64,000 nucleotides of DNA from Hemiscyllium ocellatum (taxonomy: Eukaryota), in assembly GCF_020745735.1 (NCBI RefSeq), contig NW_026867526.1, forward strand, positions 722,416 to 786,415. The letters are read 5' to 3'. The position numbers were made by a program, and so were the translations under genes. The notes below the pieces were generated by a model. The model did not search any database, was not told the DNA's origin, and saw nothing but the letters and a program-made list of their open reading frames with translations. Below, one piece after another: positions 12,240 through 25,729 of this stretch (within the stretch, counting starts at the first letter, position 1; every line of letters begins with the position of its first letter).

Positions 12240-13130
12240 TTGCATCTGATTACGACAAAAAAATTAGCAATTCAATTACACCAAATTGGAAAGGAATGTT
12301 GAAATGTAGCCAATTCTGAGAACTACAAGAAGTTGCAAGAGATCATTGATTAATTTATGGTATGTTCAAATAATTAGCAAATGAAGATCCACACAGATAA
12401 ACGTAAGATGTTACATCTTGGTAGGAATAATGTGCAGGTCACTTATTCAAAGATGCACGTCTAAGTGAGGGAGACAAACAAAGGGATTTCAGACAATTAC
12501 ATCAGTCACTAACAATTTCACCACAGGTTCCAAAGGCCATAAAAATGCAAACAAAGCTCTAAATTTTATCTCTAAAGGGATAGATTTGAAAGTAGGGTCA
12601 CTATAAAAATTTGGTTGACTATAATTCAGAGTATTGCCTGCAGTTCGAGTTGACATATTATAGAATGTATGAGAGAGAGTGAAGAGATGATTTATGAGAA
12701 TGCTACACAAGTTTCTGGCTGTGTATATCAAGGAAGAATTGTTGTGCTGTTCACTTCTCTCTTGAAAAGAAGGCTGACAGTTCTAAAATTAAGAAAGGTT
12801 TTGAAAAGAGAAGGTAGAGAGAAAACATTTCACTGTGGGATAGAATATAACTCGAGGCTGTCAAAATAAGACGGTACCTCAAGAAGTCCAAAAGGGAATT
12901 CAGAAGAAATGATGAGAATGGGGAATATGTGACCAGACGGAATAGTTGAAATCAGTAGTTTAGATGTATTTCAAGGAAACTAGGCGAGCACTTGGAAGGG
13001 ATGGGAATAGAGAATTACAACGGGTGATTTAGATGAGGAAAGATGTGAAACACCTTGAGTAGAACATACACACTGGCATAAACTGATTGTGCCAAATGGT
13101 CTGTTTTTCCTCTGTAATCCTATGTAAAAA
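12240..13130 (+). mobile_element. Decayed CR1 RT C-terminus and 3' UTR
   Basis: Decayed KCKVLHLG and RRLRG-type motifs, ending in ccaaatggtctgtttttcctctgtaatcctatgt. Confidence 0.6.
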
Positions 13131-13751
13131 ATCACCATTGTATGAAACAAAAAGTGCATTAAGAACATTTAGAAGAATTATAAAGTTTCTCACAGAAAAG
13201 TCTCAAGTATCCAGCACTGAATGTAAATGATTTTATCACATGGCCACACTTCACTATTTGCTTGATAGCACTGAAAAAGCAGTAATCACAGTACTCTTAC
13301 TAGGAGTACAAGTAACCCATCGTCCATGCACCAATTGGGGGATCTCAATGACTTACTAATGGCCTCAGTAGGAGCTGCCAACCTGGTCTTGGGAATGTTG
13401 TGAACACTCTCGCCCTCACGGCTTCTGTCACTCACTTACTCTGATTTCCAGTTCCCGTAGTGATCGCCACCATGGACAGGGGACTGTTCCAGTGTGCAGA
13501 TGGGATACCCTGTTGTGAGCCATAAAGTACTTCTTTAGGAGGGACATCCTCCAAGTGTGTCACTAGGATGCAGGGGGAGGTCTCCCACACAATGGAGGAC
13601 CTTACTGCTAATAAATTGCCAGCATTGGCGGGAACACACTTACATTGACCACCTGAGTGGCCATCCTTTCCCGAATTTGGGATCAATAAAATACTACGGA
13701 GGTGGAAATATGAGAGCCCCTGAAACTGCTTCCTTCCCTTATCATCTTCCA

Positions 13752-13872
13752 GGAGAAAGTGAGGTCTGCAGATGCTGGAGCCTTCCTGATGAAGGTTATG
13801 CCCGAAACGTCAAATTTCCTGTTCCTTGGATGCTGCCTGACCTGCTGCGCTTTTCCAGCAACACATTTTCAG
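13752..13872 (+). mobile_element. Mini PLE derivative (inverted pLTR end plus pLTR with hammerhead motif), 14-bp TSD
   Basis: TSD CTTATCATCTTCCA at 13738-13751 and 13873-13886. Contains ctgatgaaggttatgcccgaaacgtc. Confidence 0.85.
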
Positions 13873-14273
13873 CTTATCATCTTCCACCCTATTATCCACC
13901 TAATGAGCTTGCAGCCTGTCCCTAGAGGGCTGATAGAACCCAGTCTCATTCCAATATTCAAGAACATGAAGAGCTGGCAACCTGGTCAAAATTGATAAAG
14001 CTTAAAACAGACAGTCTTGGCCTGACTGTCAAATTCTAAAGTGTAACTTGAGATGAAGGTTCAATAAAAATGGCAGAAGTACAGAAACAACCACTTCCAT
14101 CCATCAGAAACAAATGTCTATGAATGGGAACAGGTGGTCCGCTATTTGGAATGGAGCAGTGCATTTGAAAAGTGAATGAGGAGCAGCAATGTTTTGTGTT
14201 GGACGTGTGCACAGTCTGAAGCTGTTTGCTGGTTCAGTTTTGCTAAAGGTTTGGCAGATACATTCCAATTAGA

Positions 14274-14425
14274 GGAGAAAGTGAGGTCTGCAGATGCTGG
14301 AGATCAGAGCTGAAAATGTGTTGCTGGAAAAGCGCAGCAGGTCAGGCAGCATCCAAGGAACAGGAGATTCGACGTTTCAGGCATAAGCCCTTCTTCATTC
14401 CTGAGGAAGGGATATGCCCGAAGCG
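14274..14425 (-). mobile_element. Mini PLE derivative (pLTR on minus plus short inverted hammerhead segment), 14-bp TSD
   Basis: TSD ACATTCCAATTAGA at 14260-14273 and 14426-14439. Confidence 0.85.
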
Positions 14426-14492
14426 ACATTCCAATTAGAATCAATTAAATCTGCCAAAGTGGATATGAACACTCACATTTTTGAGATGCTTT

Positions 14493-15255
14493 AACATAGA
14501 AATAGAACATTGTGGGCACAGTATTTGGCACACAACAGTGTGCCGAGGTTTAATTCTAATGTAAAATATAATAACAACCCATACACCTCTCAACTCACTG
14601 CTAAACATTTGCATGTCCAGCAGTCACTTAAATGTCCCTAATGACTCTGCTTCCACCACCACTGCTGGTAAAGCATTCCATGCATTCACAACACTCTGCA
14701 TAAAGAACCTACCTCTAACGTCTCCTCTATACCTTTCTCCGAATATCTTAAAACTATGACCCCCTCGTACTAGTCAATCCTGCCTTGGGGAAAATTCTCT
14801 AGCTATTGACTTTATTTATTCCTCTCATTATTTTGTATACCTCAATCAGGTCTCCTCTCTTCCTCCATCTCTCCAGAGAGAAAAGTCTGAGCTTATTCAA
14901 CCTTTCTTCATGAGGCAAGCCCTCCAGTTCAGGCAGCATCCTGGTAAACCTTCTTTGCACCCTCTCCAAAGCCTCTATCTATTGCTTGTAGCAGGGCGAC
15001 CAGAACTGGACACAATATTCCAGGTGTGGTCTCACCAGGGACTTGTAGAGCTGTAGCAAAACCTCGCAGCCCTCACACTCGATTCCCCTGTAAATGAAAG
15101 CCTAAACGCCATATGCTTTCTTAACAACCCTATCCACTTGAGTGGCAACTTTGAGGGATCTATGTACTTGCACACCCAGATCCCTCTGTTCCTCTACACC
15201 GCCAAGAATCCTGCCTTTAACCCTATATTCAGCATTCGAGTTTGACCTTCCAAAC
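14493..15255 (-). mobile_element. CR1/HER1-type LINE 3' portion
   Basis: Tail aacatagaaatagaac at the left end. The ORF at 15102-15356 reads FGRSNSNAEYRVKGRILGGVEEQRDLGVQVHRSLKVATQVDRVVKKAYG (CR1 RT C-terminus). Confidence 0.85.
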
Positions 15256-15599
15256 TGGAAAAGGATGCACCGAACGCCAAACAGGAGAAGGTTGTTGGCA
15301 TGTATCAGAAGAGTTAGGACCAATGACATGAAACTGGCTTTTAAGCAAGCTTTCAAAGTGAGAATGAGTACCAGAGGGCATGTAAGGAAGTTTATCAGTA
15401 AAGTACATCTAATTCAGGGGACTTGACCATACTCATGGACAAAAGCAATCAGAGAACCAAAGAACAGAGTGTGTATATAAGGGGTACAAGAGACAGTGTG
15501 GATCAAGGCCTTGAAGAATTTAGATACAGACACAAGTTTAAACTCAATACATTAGATGATAATGAGCCAGTTAAGATCTCAGTCCTTTCTCTATAAGCA

Positions 15600-16000
15600 C
15601 AAGTTTAAGTTTACCAGTCTTGTCCAGGCCAGCATTAAATGGGATTTCTATGAGGCTCATAGAACAGCATATAGTTATCCCTATTAATTGACCAAATAAT
15701 AATTAACAACATTATATTTGATCTGCTTTATTTCCCATTACTGACTGCAATGAATCTACCTCATGGGATACAGAAACTCACCAATGTGAGTAAAATCCTC
15801 TCAAACTTTGGGCAAAATCCAGGCTATTGACTTAAGAGAATAAACTCCATACAATAATGCAACAAAGAAAAGCAAATTGAAGTCAAATAATGCACAGGTT
15901 TGATGAAGAGCAAAACCCCCTCTACCCCAGCAGGAAGGCAAGTAGAAAAGTTGTGCATTTACATAACACCTTAATGCAATCTCAGAGTATCCTAAACATC
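15600..16000 (+). mobile_element. Possible very old L1/Tx1-like RT fragment
   Basis: Translated patch SKILSNFGQNPGY resembles the post-YADD FG..SGYKIN motif. Heavily decayed. Confidence 0.3.
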
Positions 16001-16859
16001 TCTTTCCAGATCTCTGAAACAAGTGCAGAACCCCTGGGACCACTGTCAACTATATGCTATCAAACCCAGGGAATCATAGATGGAAATATCAGCATGTGCA
16101 CATGCAACAGTTTAAAATGAGTGTTTAATACCTCCGCTCGAGTAACTCGCAAAATTGTTTCGCGGTATGAACAATAAATGAGAATAGGTCACTTGGCCCT
16201 TCGAGCCTGCTCCGCTATTCAATAAGATCCTGACTGGCCTGATTTTAACAAGCTTATAAAACATTCAGCTGACAATATCTCACTTACGCTTCTCTTATTC
16301 TATCATTTTAGTATATTCCACTACATATCTATTCTAATCTGGAGAATAATTCTCCTGCTGTTAATCACTGATCCACACTGTACTGCTCTCCTCATGCACT
16401 GTTCTTTTCCTCAGTCTATTCTTTAGACAAGATAAAATAGATTGGAACAGACTCCACTGTTTGCTGGTACTTGACACAATGAGAACGATTGAAATATTTC
16501 AATCCACTCCTTTGGTGGAAAATATAATTTGCTTTGAGACTTTAAAACTGGTTCCATTTATTTGATATTTGCATTGAATGGTATTAGTTTGATCCAGATG
16601 TTAGTACAAAGTGAAATATTACAGCACTGAGCTTTATCTCATTCTCATTTGATGGAAGTTGGGAAGGAGTGTTTTCTTACAGCAGAGAGTGAAACATGAA
16701 CAACCAAGTTGAGTAACAATCCATGCAGGTTCTGACAAAGTCAATTTTCAATCAGAGATGTTCTTTACAACAACTGAAGTACTTTTGATCATGTAGTCAC
16801 ATGTCAGAAATGTGATATCTAATTTGTGTACCATGAGAAAAGCAGGAAAGAGATGATGA

Positions 16860-17105
16860 CCAGATCATCTGCTCATCGGGATTGAGCGATAAGTATTGGC
16901 CGGGACACCAGGTATAATCTCCTCACTTTAATTCAAAATAAGGGTCCCTTTAGATGGCAGAGTGGCTTTGGTTTAATGCCTCATATATATCTGATGTGGA
17001 GGATTATCTCAGGACTGCACTGTTGTGGCAGCATCAATTAGTCTATTCTAAACCCGATGGTAGGTCTTGAACTCTCCAACTCAAAGGTCAGCACACTACT
17101 CAGTG
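16860..17105 (-). mobile_element. Old SINE remnant (Deu/core type)
   Basis: Contains ggctttggtttaatgcctcat...ggactgcactg, typical of ancient shark SINE bodies. Confidence 0.4.
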
Positions 17106-17267
17106 ACACCTGAGCAACACCCAATACTCTGACAGGCGGCTTATTATTTACATCCCCAGGGATTAATGAAGCAATTAAGGGACATTGCATTGATTCTGTA
17201 TGAGATGCAAAACTGGCTTATTATGGTAGAATGATAGTCTCCCTACCCCTAGATCAGTAGGCTTAAG

Positions 17268-17397
17268 TTCCTGATGAAGGGCTTATGCCCGAAATGTCGA
17301 ATTTCCTGTTCCTTGGATGCTGCCTGACCTGCTGCGCTTTTCCAGCAACACATTTTCAGCTCTGATCTCCAGCATCTGCAGACCTCACTTTCTTCCT
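17268..17397 (+). mobile_element. Solo PLE pLTR with hammerhead core
   Basis: ctgatgaagggcttatgcccgaaa at 17271-17294. Flanked by an 18-bp direct repeat with one mismatch (agtagg[c/t]ttaagttcctg at 17256-17273 and 17409-17426). Confidence 0.85.
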
Positions 17398-17819
17398 AGA
17401 TTAGACTTAGTAGGTTTAAGTTCCTGTCCTACCTATTCCAGAGGCGTGTCATACATCGCTGAACATTTTAATGTTAAAAAAGGAAAGCTTCTTCAACCAA
17501 TGGGCTGTTGTCATTTGGAAAGTGCTAATTAGGAATCAGCAGTTTGAGTCACCTTTGCTGATTCTCTGTGTGTTATACGGGAGTCAGTAATTTCTATCAG
17601 TGTCCACCGTTACAGCTACAAAAAGTCCTCTAATATCTCTCCTCAATGGGTCATTCTTCCCTTTTGAATATGGGCAGTGAGCACTCAGTCCTATCTCTTC
17701 CTTAGCAACAAGTGGCTGCCATGCTTCCAGCCTACTGTCAGCAAGAGGTTAACTTGCACTGTCAAAGTGTGGCAATACTGAGAATAACCCTCCCCATTAT
17801 GACCCAGGCTAAGATCACA

Positions 17820-18170
17820 AGATGCAGCACAAGTCAGTGTTTATATCCAGAATTAGATAACCAGGAAGGATGTTCTCCACGGCTGGGGAGTCCAGAACCA
17901 GGGTTCACGGTCTACAAATACTAGCTCGGGCATGTTGGACTGAGATGAGGAAACCTTTCTTCACCCTGACAGTAGCAACTCTTTGGAATTCACTGTCATA
18001 GAAATTGATTGAGTCCAAAACATAATAGTTTTTTTTCTGGCTAAAGGGATCAAAACTTATCGAAAGAATGATGGAACAGGGTACTGAGTTAGATAATCAG
18101 CCATCGTCATTTTGAACAGCAGCGCATGCTTACGGGGCTAAATGGCTTACTGTTCCACCTATTTCTGTGA
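17820..18170 (+). mobile_element. CR1 3' fragment
   Basis: accagggttcacggtctacaaata...gagatgaggaaacctttcttcaccc...gggctaaatggcttact. Confidence 0.65.
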
Positions 18171-21100
18171 CCATTCTGTGGACTAAAGAGATGTGTTTTG
18201 TTCAAAAGCTATTTTGATAGGAAAACAAAAGAGAATGTGTTACTGGCTACAACACAGAGTGACAAAACAATTTCAGATGATTGTGAATTGGACATTCCTC
18301 AAATTAAATTGAACAATGAGCAAGTTCTGGAAAACTGGGGAAAACTGCTGAGTTACCTTCCAGATGAAAATTGAAATGACCTGAAAGAGTTAGTATAATC
18401 ACATGGGGAGATATGTGGGAATAACCTGGGAATTACTAATCTCACTACACACAATATTGATTGCGGATATGCTGTTCCAATCAAGCAACATCCTATAGAC
18501 CTAACCTTTGAAGGTTGGCACAGGTTCAGAAAGAGACTGAACACATGCTGAAGCATAACATGGTCATACATTGGATCAAACTTATTTTTTGACTGTCACT
18601 TTCTTTTCTTGTGAACTTAAATTGTCAACTTCCTCAGATTGCAGATTGAAGATAACATTAGGATTTTGAACATTATAAATAGGACTGTGGCATGCAAAAT
18701 AAGGAAATTATGACAAATAGTTATAAACATGCTTTTCCCTCATGTCTAGTATTTATGCAGCACGCTTCAGGAAGGGATTTGAGAAGGTGCTCAAAAGGTA
18801 CACAAAAATGGTACCAGAGACAAGCAACTGGAGAACTATGTGGATAGTTTGAGAACAGAAGATGAAGAATTCATTTTAAAAGTGTTCAAAATCATGAGGG
18901 ATTTGGATAGAGTAGCGTAAAAGGGTAGGAGAATGCATTTGGATTGGAGGGTTGGTGTGGATTTGTTGGGCCAAGTGGCCTGTTTCCATACTGTGCGCAT
19001 TATATTTTAAAAGGGCTTGAGAAGAAAAGGATCAGTGGATCTAACTTGATCAGCAAAAAAAAAGAAAACAACGGTTACAAGGAAAACTGTTCTTAAAAAT
19101 AGCATTGCTCGGAAACTGGAATGTTCTGCCTGATAGTTTAGTGGTGGAGGCAGCTTCAACTGAGGTCTTCAAAAGGAATCTACAATTTTCATAAGGAGAG
19201 GTTTTGCAGTATCACATGGTAAAAGGACTTGGGAGTGAACATAGGCAAGTTCCTCTTTGAGAGCTGATCAAATCATTGTCTCTGAGTTGTTACCATTGAC
19301 CGTTGTATAACATTGCACAAACTACCAGCTCACCAGTTATTTCCTAATGGTTTGTCATATTCTGATATAATGACTAACTTAGTCATGTATGCGACTAAGC
19401 TTACTTTGCAATTACTTCACTTTATCCAGGAGAACCTGCATTCCCATTTTCCTCACTGTTTGCACTGACAATGTTTCCAGAACAGCTATTCATCAAAGAG
19501 TACAAATTAAGTCATTTAACATCAGTAAACTTATTCAGAATTAAGTCCAAAGCAATTTAACAAAAAGAAATCACAGACTTGAGATTCAATATTCCAAGCT
19601 TGGTCAACTAGTTTTCCTAAGTTAGTCAATGACTGCAATTTTAATAAATTTCATTATTTTGCCATAGTGATAATAAAAGAACAGAGATATCCATGCAAAG
19701 TCAGAATCAGGTGGAACAGACCTTTAGCTGATAGTTGATCTGTTAAAAAATAGAGATTATAGACATGAAAGGTCCTTTCAATGTAAGTCTAATGAGTTGC
19801 TGCAGTTCATTCTGTAGAATGTAAGTGCTAGGTGGCCCAACATCGTAGCTCAGTGATGGTGAAGGGAGTGGAAATTAGGTACGTTAGTTCTTTTGCCAGT
19901 CAATAAAACTGCTCTCTCTTTGATCATATTGAGCTTCTTGACTATTGTTGCAATTAAACAAATCACCAGGTGAGCAGTGAGGATTCCAATGCTCCTGATT
20001 TTAGCCTTGCAATGGTGTAGTTAATGAGGGGGTAATGACAAAGCAGTATACCTTGTATCCCAGTCTTGTAATCTTGTTAATGTAACTAGTTATTGCTGCC
20101 TTCACCACCCATCCCCCTGGAGTGTATTGACAATGCTGTCCTATGATCTAAAAAATGCTGCTGGGATTTTATTTGTTTTCAAGATGCATCATGAACCATC
20201 TTGGTCGTGTTGGTATGGGGTTCTTTTGACTTCCACAGGATGTCTACAGTACACCACAATGAGGGAATGCAGGGGTTGGGGTGTGGAAGAGACAGTCCAG
20301 AGTGAAAAAAAGAGAAAACCATTTCTTCAGTATGTCACAGTACGTCATCCTTGTTTAAAGCCATTTCTGGGCTATGCAATACCTTTACACTGAAAGACAG
20401 GCAAAATTCAACGGATCATTGAAAACCTTTGGATGTTTTATGCTGATTTAAGATTGGTCTCTCAAAATAAGCCTAACATTTCTGAACCAGTCAAGCAGTT
20501 GTTTTCTGTAATTGTTCTCATCTGTGTTTGTGTTCACCACGCTGCCATGGGATGCCTTCGTGAGGCAATCCTGACACAATCTTACAACAACTGCCAGCAC
20601 TTCCCTTTCTCATTATTGGATCCCTAATATAGCAGATTTAATCTGAAATTAGACCAAACTTATTTGCCAATTTGTTCCCTTTAGTTTCTGACAAACTTAG
20701 ATTTCCACGTAATTCACAGTGTGAGGTGTCAACATTTTCACAGCTGCAACTGGTCATAAAATACCAGTTAAATCATTTTAAATATGTGCATGATCACAAA
20801 GTTAATATTTGGCACTTCTTAACTAAAATCGAGAGTTTTGGCTGTGAGGGCAGGAGCTGGTGGGTGGAAAATAAAGAGGTCAAATAAAGACTTGTCTGCA
20901 CTGAGACAGAGGGAAAACGTCGCAAATGCAAGGATTCAAGTTTAACTTTCTTATCTCGGAACAAGAAACTCAAGGTCTTTATACACGATTGCTAATTTAA
21001 CCCTTACAAGCACAATTTGTAACTAAATGTTTGATTCAGGATCCGAACATAGTAATTTCTCATTCAAATTTACTGAAGTTTCATGTCATATTAGTCAGTA

Positions 21101-21559
21101 TTGGCTGTTTTGTTGAAAAGAGAATTTTATTCCTTTTCCTTGCCTGCTCCTTCATCCATTCGCAGTTTACTGAAAGATCTGACCATAATAAACCCAGGAA
21201 TAATTACAGGTCTCTGACCCAGAGCAGTGTAATCACTTCAGTATTTAGACTTCTGTTAATTGATGACATCAGTGAAACGGTGTGGATGTGATGCTGCCTG
21301 TATTGAATTTGCCATGAAAACACTTTATAAGCTTGATTCAAACAAATACCTATTACTAGGGAAAGTGCCTGACTCCGTGGATACACATGACCTCTGGCCA
21401 ACTTAAATTCTAAAAAGTGCAAAGCATTCAATAGTGACATTGTATGGGAGATAGACCAAGGCAAGGAGACCAGGAGCCGGTCCTAATCCGTAACCATATT
21501 TCTTCAAATATGTAGGCATATTTCATCAAATGTCACCAGACTCTGGAGACCCATGGCAA

Positions 21560-21880
21560 TGATTTTGGAGGGAGTGAAGAATGGGGGGTGGGCGGGAAGG
21601 AGCTTGAATGTTCCCAACCCTTGTGCTTGAGCTTGTGATAAGAATAAGCAAAAAATAGTATAAAGAGAATATGTGAAACTTGTTCAGGGCCCTTATATAA
21701 TACATTTTTGCCAAATCTATTAGCCCCCTGTAGAGGTTACAATAAAGCTTTGTCTATGCTCTTGCTAGCATTTGAGTCGAGTCAATTTAACTTCCATGAC
21801 ACCAGCTACTTGGCCCCTGCTGAGATATAACATAAGCCAGTGTCCAATAGGAATAATCGACTTCCAATAGGTTCCTAATG
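21560..21880 (-). mobile_element. Possible old L1/Tx1-like ORF2 fragment
   Basis: The minus strand reads GG*.DLAKMYYIRA, resembling the GGL.LP.L..YY.A motif. Confidence 0.3.
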
Positions 21881-22014
21881 CCAGGCACAGACTTCTGTAG
21901 GTGTTCTACTTGCATCTACTTTTGACTAATGTGCCTGAGGTCACAGCAATGGAAAATGTGAGTGATGTTGTGGGAAAGGGGAACATGATATAGGTTAATT
22001 ATAGTTCAAGGTCC

Positions 22015-22540
22015 TAAACCATAAGAAATAGGAATAGGAACAGAACATTTGGCTCATTAAGCCTGCTCCATCGTTCATTAGGATCATTGCTAATACGACA
22101 TTCCATACTATTTACTTTTCTGTATTTTCCTATTACCTCAATTCTCCTCCTGCTCAAGAATTTATCTCAGCCTTAAATATAGACAGGTACATTACTCCCA
22201 CAGCTCTATGTAATGAGGAGTTCCAAAGACTCTCAAACATAGGAACAAATTCCTCTGCATCTCAGTCTTAAATTGTCAACCCTTTATTATGAGACCATTC
22301 CCTCTGGTCCTCGACTCTCCCGTGAGGGATAATATCCTCTCAGCATTTACCCTGTCAAGTCCCTTAAGAACCCTATATGTTGCAATGAGATCATATCACA
22401 TTCTTCTAAATTCTCAGCCTGTTTAGCCTTTTCCTCTTGATCAGGGATCACCCACATCAATGTTCTGGAACTGCCTCCAATGAAATAATAGCTTTCCTTA
22501 AATATTGGGTCCAAAACTACTCACATGCAACTGTGAAGAT
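22015..22540 (-). mobile_element. CR1 3' end
   Basis: Reverse-complemented tail (accataagaaataggaatagg) followed by CR1 3' UTR and ORF2-end sequence. Confidence 0.7.
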
Positions 22541-22559
22541 GCTAAAAGAGGGAGAGATA

Positions 22560-25090
22560 TGCACTTAGTCAAGGATGGTGGCAGAAAGGACATTTGAGGA
22601 CTCAACTACTGAGGTAGCACGAGCTGAGGTAAGCAACAGTAAAGGAGAAAGCACTCTGTTGGGAGTTTTCTCTCGGCCTCCGAATAGTTCCAGTGATGTA
22701 GAGGAAAGGATCCCAAAGATAATTCTGGATAGCAGCAAGAGTAACAAGATAGTTGTTACGGGGGATTTTAACTTTCCAAATATTGACTGGAAATACAATA
22801 GCTCGAGTACTTTAGATGGGTCCGTTTTTGTCCATTGTATACAGGATGGTTTCCTGACACAGTATGTAGACAAGCCAACAAGGGGCGAGACCACATTGGA
22901 TTTGGTACTGGGTAAGGAACCCAGCCAGGTATTAGATTTGGAGGTAGGTGAGCAATTTGGTGACAGTGACCACAATTCGAGTTATGTTTACTTTAGTGAT
23001 GGAAAGGGATAGGTATATGCGGCAGTGTAAGAGTTATTGCTGGAGGACAGGCAATTATGATGCGACTAGGCAAGATTTAGGATGCATCGGATAGGGAAGG
23101 AAACTGCAGGGGTTGGGCACAGTTGAAATGTGAAGCTTTTTCAAGGAACAGCTACTGCGTGTCCTTGATAAGCAAGTACCTGTCAGGCAGGGAGGAAATT
23201 GTCGAGCGATAGAGCTATAGTTTTCTAAAAAGGCTGAATCTCATGTCAAGAAGAAGAAAAAGGCTTCTATTAGGATGAGACACTTTAGGGCACTTTAGAT
23301 TTACAAGTCAGCCAGAAAAGACCTAAAGAGAAGGCTAAGAACCACCAGTGTCCTCTAAAGCGTTCTCTGGGTATATCAGGAATAAAAGAATGACTGGAGA
23401 AAGATTAAGGCCAATCAAGAACCGGAGTTGGAAGTTGTGGGTGGAGTTTGAAGAGGTAGGGGAATTGCTAAATGAATATTTTTCATCAGTATTCACACTG
23501 GAAAAAGACAATATTGTCAAGGAGAATACTGAGAAACAGGCTACTAGATGGAATTCAGTTCACAAAGAGGAGGTGTGAGCAATTTTGGAAAGTGTGAAAA
23601 TAGATACGTCACCTCGGTCGGATGGGATTTATTCCAGGATTCTCTGGGAAGGCAGAGAGGAGATTGCAGAGCCTTTGGCTTTGATCTTTGTGTTGTCATT
23701 GTCTACAGGAATAGTGCCAGAAGACTGGAGGATAACTCCCCCTTGTTCAAGAAGGGGAATAGAGTCAACCCCGGTAATTATAGATCAGTGAGCGTTACTT
23801 CAGTTGTGGGTAAAGTGTCGGAAAACGTCATGAGAGAAAGGATTCATAATTACCTGGAGAGGAATAAGTTGATTAGGGGTAGTCAACACGGTTTTGTGAA
23901 GGGGAGGTTGTGCCTCACAAATCTTCTTGAGTGCTTTAAGATGGTGACTAAACAGGTGGATCAGGGTAAGGTGGTTGATGTGGTTTTCAGTAAGGCGTTT
24001 GATACGGATCCTCATGGTATGCTATTGCAGAAAATAGCGAGGCACGGAATAGAGGGAAATTTAATGGTTTGTATCAGAAATTGGCTAGCTGAAAGACTGA
24101 AAATTGACTCGCTGAAAGGTGTTGGTTGATGGGAAAGTTTCATCCTGGAGTTCAATTACCAGTGGTGTAATGCAAGGATCTGTTTTGCCGCCACTGCTGT
24201 TTGTCACTTTTATAAATGACCTAGATGAAGGTGTAGAAGGATAGGTTAGTAAATTTATGGATGACACTAAGGTCAATGGAGTTGTGGACAGTGCCAAAGG
24301 ATGTTGCAGGTTACAGAGGGACATACGTAAGCTGCAGAGCTGGGCTGAGGTGGCATATTGAGCTTAATGCAAAAATGTGAGGTGATTCACTTTGGAAGGA
24401 ACAACAGGAAATCAGAGTACTGGGCTAATGGTAAGATTCTTGGTAGTGTAGCTGAGCAGATAGATCTCGGTGTCCATGTACATGGATCCCTGAAAGATGG
24501 CACCCAGGTTGATAGGGTTGTTAAGTTGGCACTCAGTGTGTTAGCTTTAATTGGTAGAGGGATGGAGTTTCAGAGTCATGAGGTCGTGCTGCAGCGGTAC
24601 AAAACTCTAGTGCGGCTGCACTTCGAGTATTACTTACAGTTCTGGTCACCGCATTATAGGAAGGATGTGGACATTTTGGAAAGGATGCAGAGAAACTTTG
24701 CTAGGATGTTGCTTGTTATGGAGGGAAGGTCTTAAGAGGAAAGGCTGAAGTACTTGAGCTGTTTTCATTAGAGAGAAGGTTGAGAGGTGACTTAATTGAG
24801 ACATACAAGATAATCAGAGGGTTAGATAGAGTGTACAGTCAGATAGTGATGGCTGGCACAAGGGGAAATAGCTTTAAATTGGGGGTGATAGATATAGGAC
24901 AGATGTCTGAGATAGTTTCTGCTTGCAATAGGAGTAGACTTGCCAACCTTTAGGGCATTAGAATGGTCATTGGATAACCATCTGGATGAAAATGGAATAG
25001 TGCAGGATAGATGGACTTCAGATTAGTTCCACAGGTCAGTGCAACATCAAGGACCGAAGGGCCTGTACTGCACCATAATGTTCTATGTTC
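22560..25090 (+). mobile_element. 5'-truncated, frameshifted CR1/HER1 LINE (EN C-terminal half, RT, 3' tail)
   Basis: EN motifs LGVFSRPPNS, VVTGDFNFPNIDW and SDHN. RT motifs NPGNYRSVSVTS, SQHGFVKG and FSKAFD. Tail ...gaagggcctgtactgcaccataatgttctatgttc. Confidence 0.92.
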
Positions 25091-25349
25091 AATCTAAGTG
25101 TGTGGAGACATCATTTATTTGCATTCTGAGAGTGGACTTCACAATCAGCATGGATGTGGAGAGCATCGTGGAAGACCACCCCAGGTGACCAGCAGGAGGA
25201 AGTGCATCTAACTGGAGGAGCTGTGACATTTCTCATTTGCATTCTGGAAGTGGACTGTACGGTGTCACATCAAATAAACAAACAAAACATTGGACTTGGA
25301 TTCTGCCAAAAAACGGAAGCAAAATCCACTCTTGTGTGCAAATACTAAT

Positions 25350-25563
25350 AGGTAGATATATTTGAGAAACTGCCTCATTTATGTAACTATTAGTATTGCA
25401 TATCTTCGAGAAGTCTTTGGGTATTTGGACAGGTCAAAGTCCAATGTTTTGTTTGCTTATTTGATATGCAACTGTATAGAACTGAACCGCACTTGTGCCA
25501 ATGTATTTATAAAGACATTATGAGATTTCTTATGAATAAATTTATTTTTGAAATTAAAAAAAC
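25350..25563 (+). mobile_element. Probable L1/Tx1-type LINE 3' end
   Basis: Ends tatgaataaatttatttttgaaattaaaaaa (AATAAA plus A-tail). Confidence 0.4.
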
Positions 25564-25729
25564 TATTTTGGGAGTGGACTTTGCAGAGCATCGTGGACCA
25601 ACCTGGTGTTAAGGAATGGTCAGCTCCCTTCCTCCTCTAACTAAAAAACAAAAGAGCAAGGTTCAGAAGAGAGGAGAGAGAGAGAGAGAACATCAGGAGA
25701 GTATTGATGGGACCGCATCAAGCCATCAA

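Noticed and set aside
13290-13990. Coding-looking segment (VPPKEVLYGSQQG...) interrupted by a mini-PLE
   Set aside because: Probably a decayed retroelement, but I cannot assign a family or gene with any confidence.
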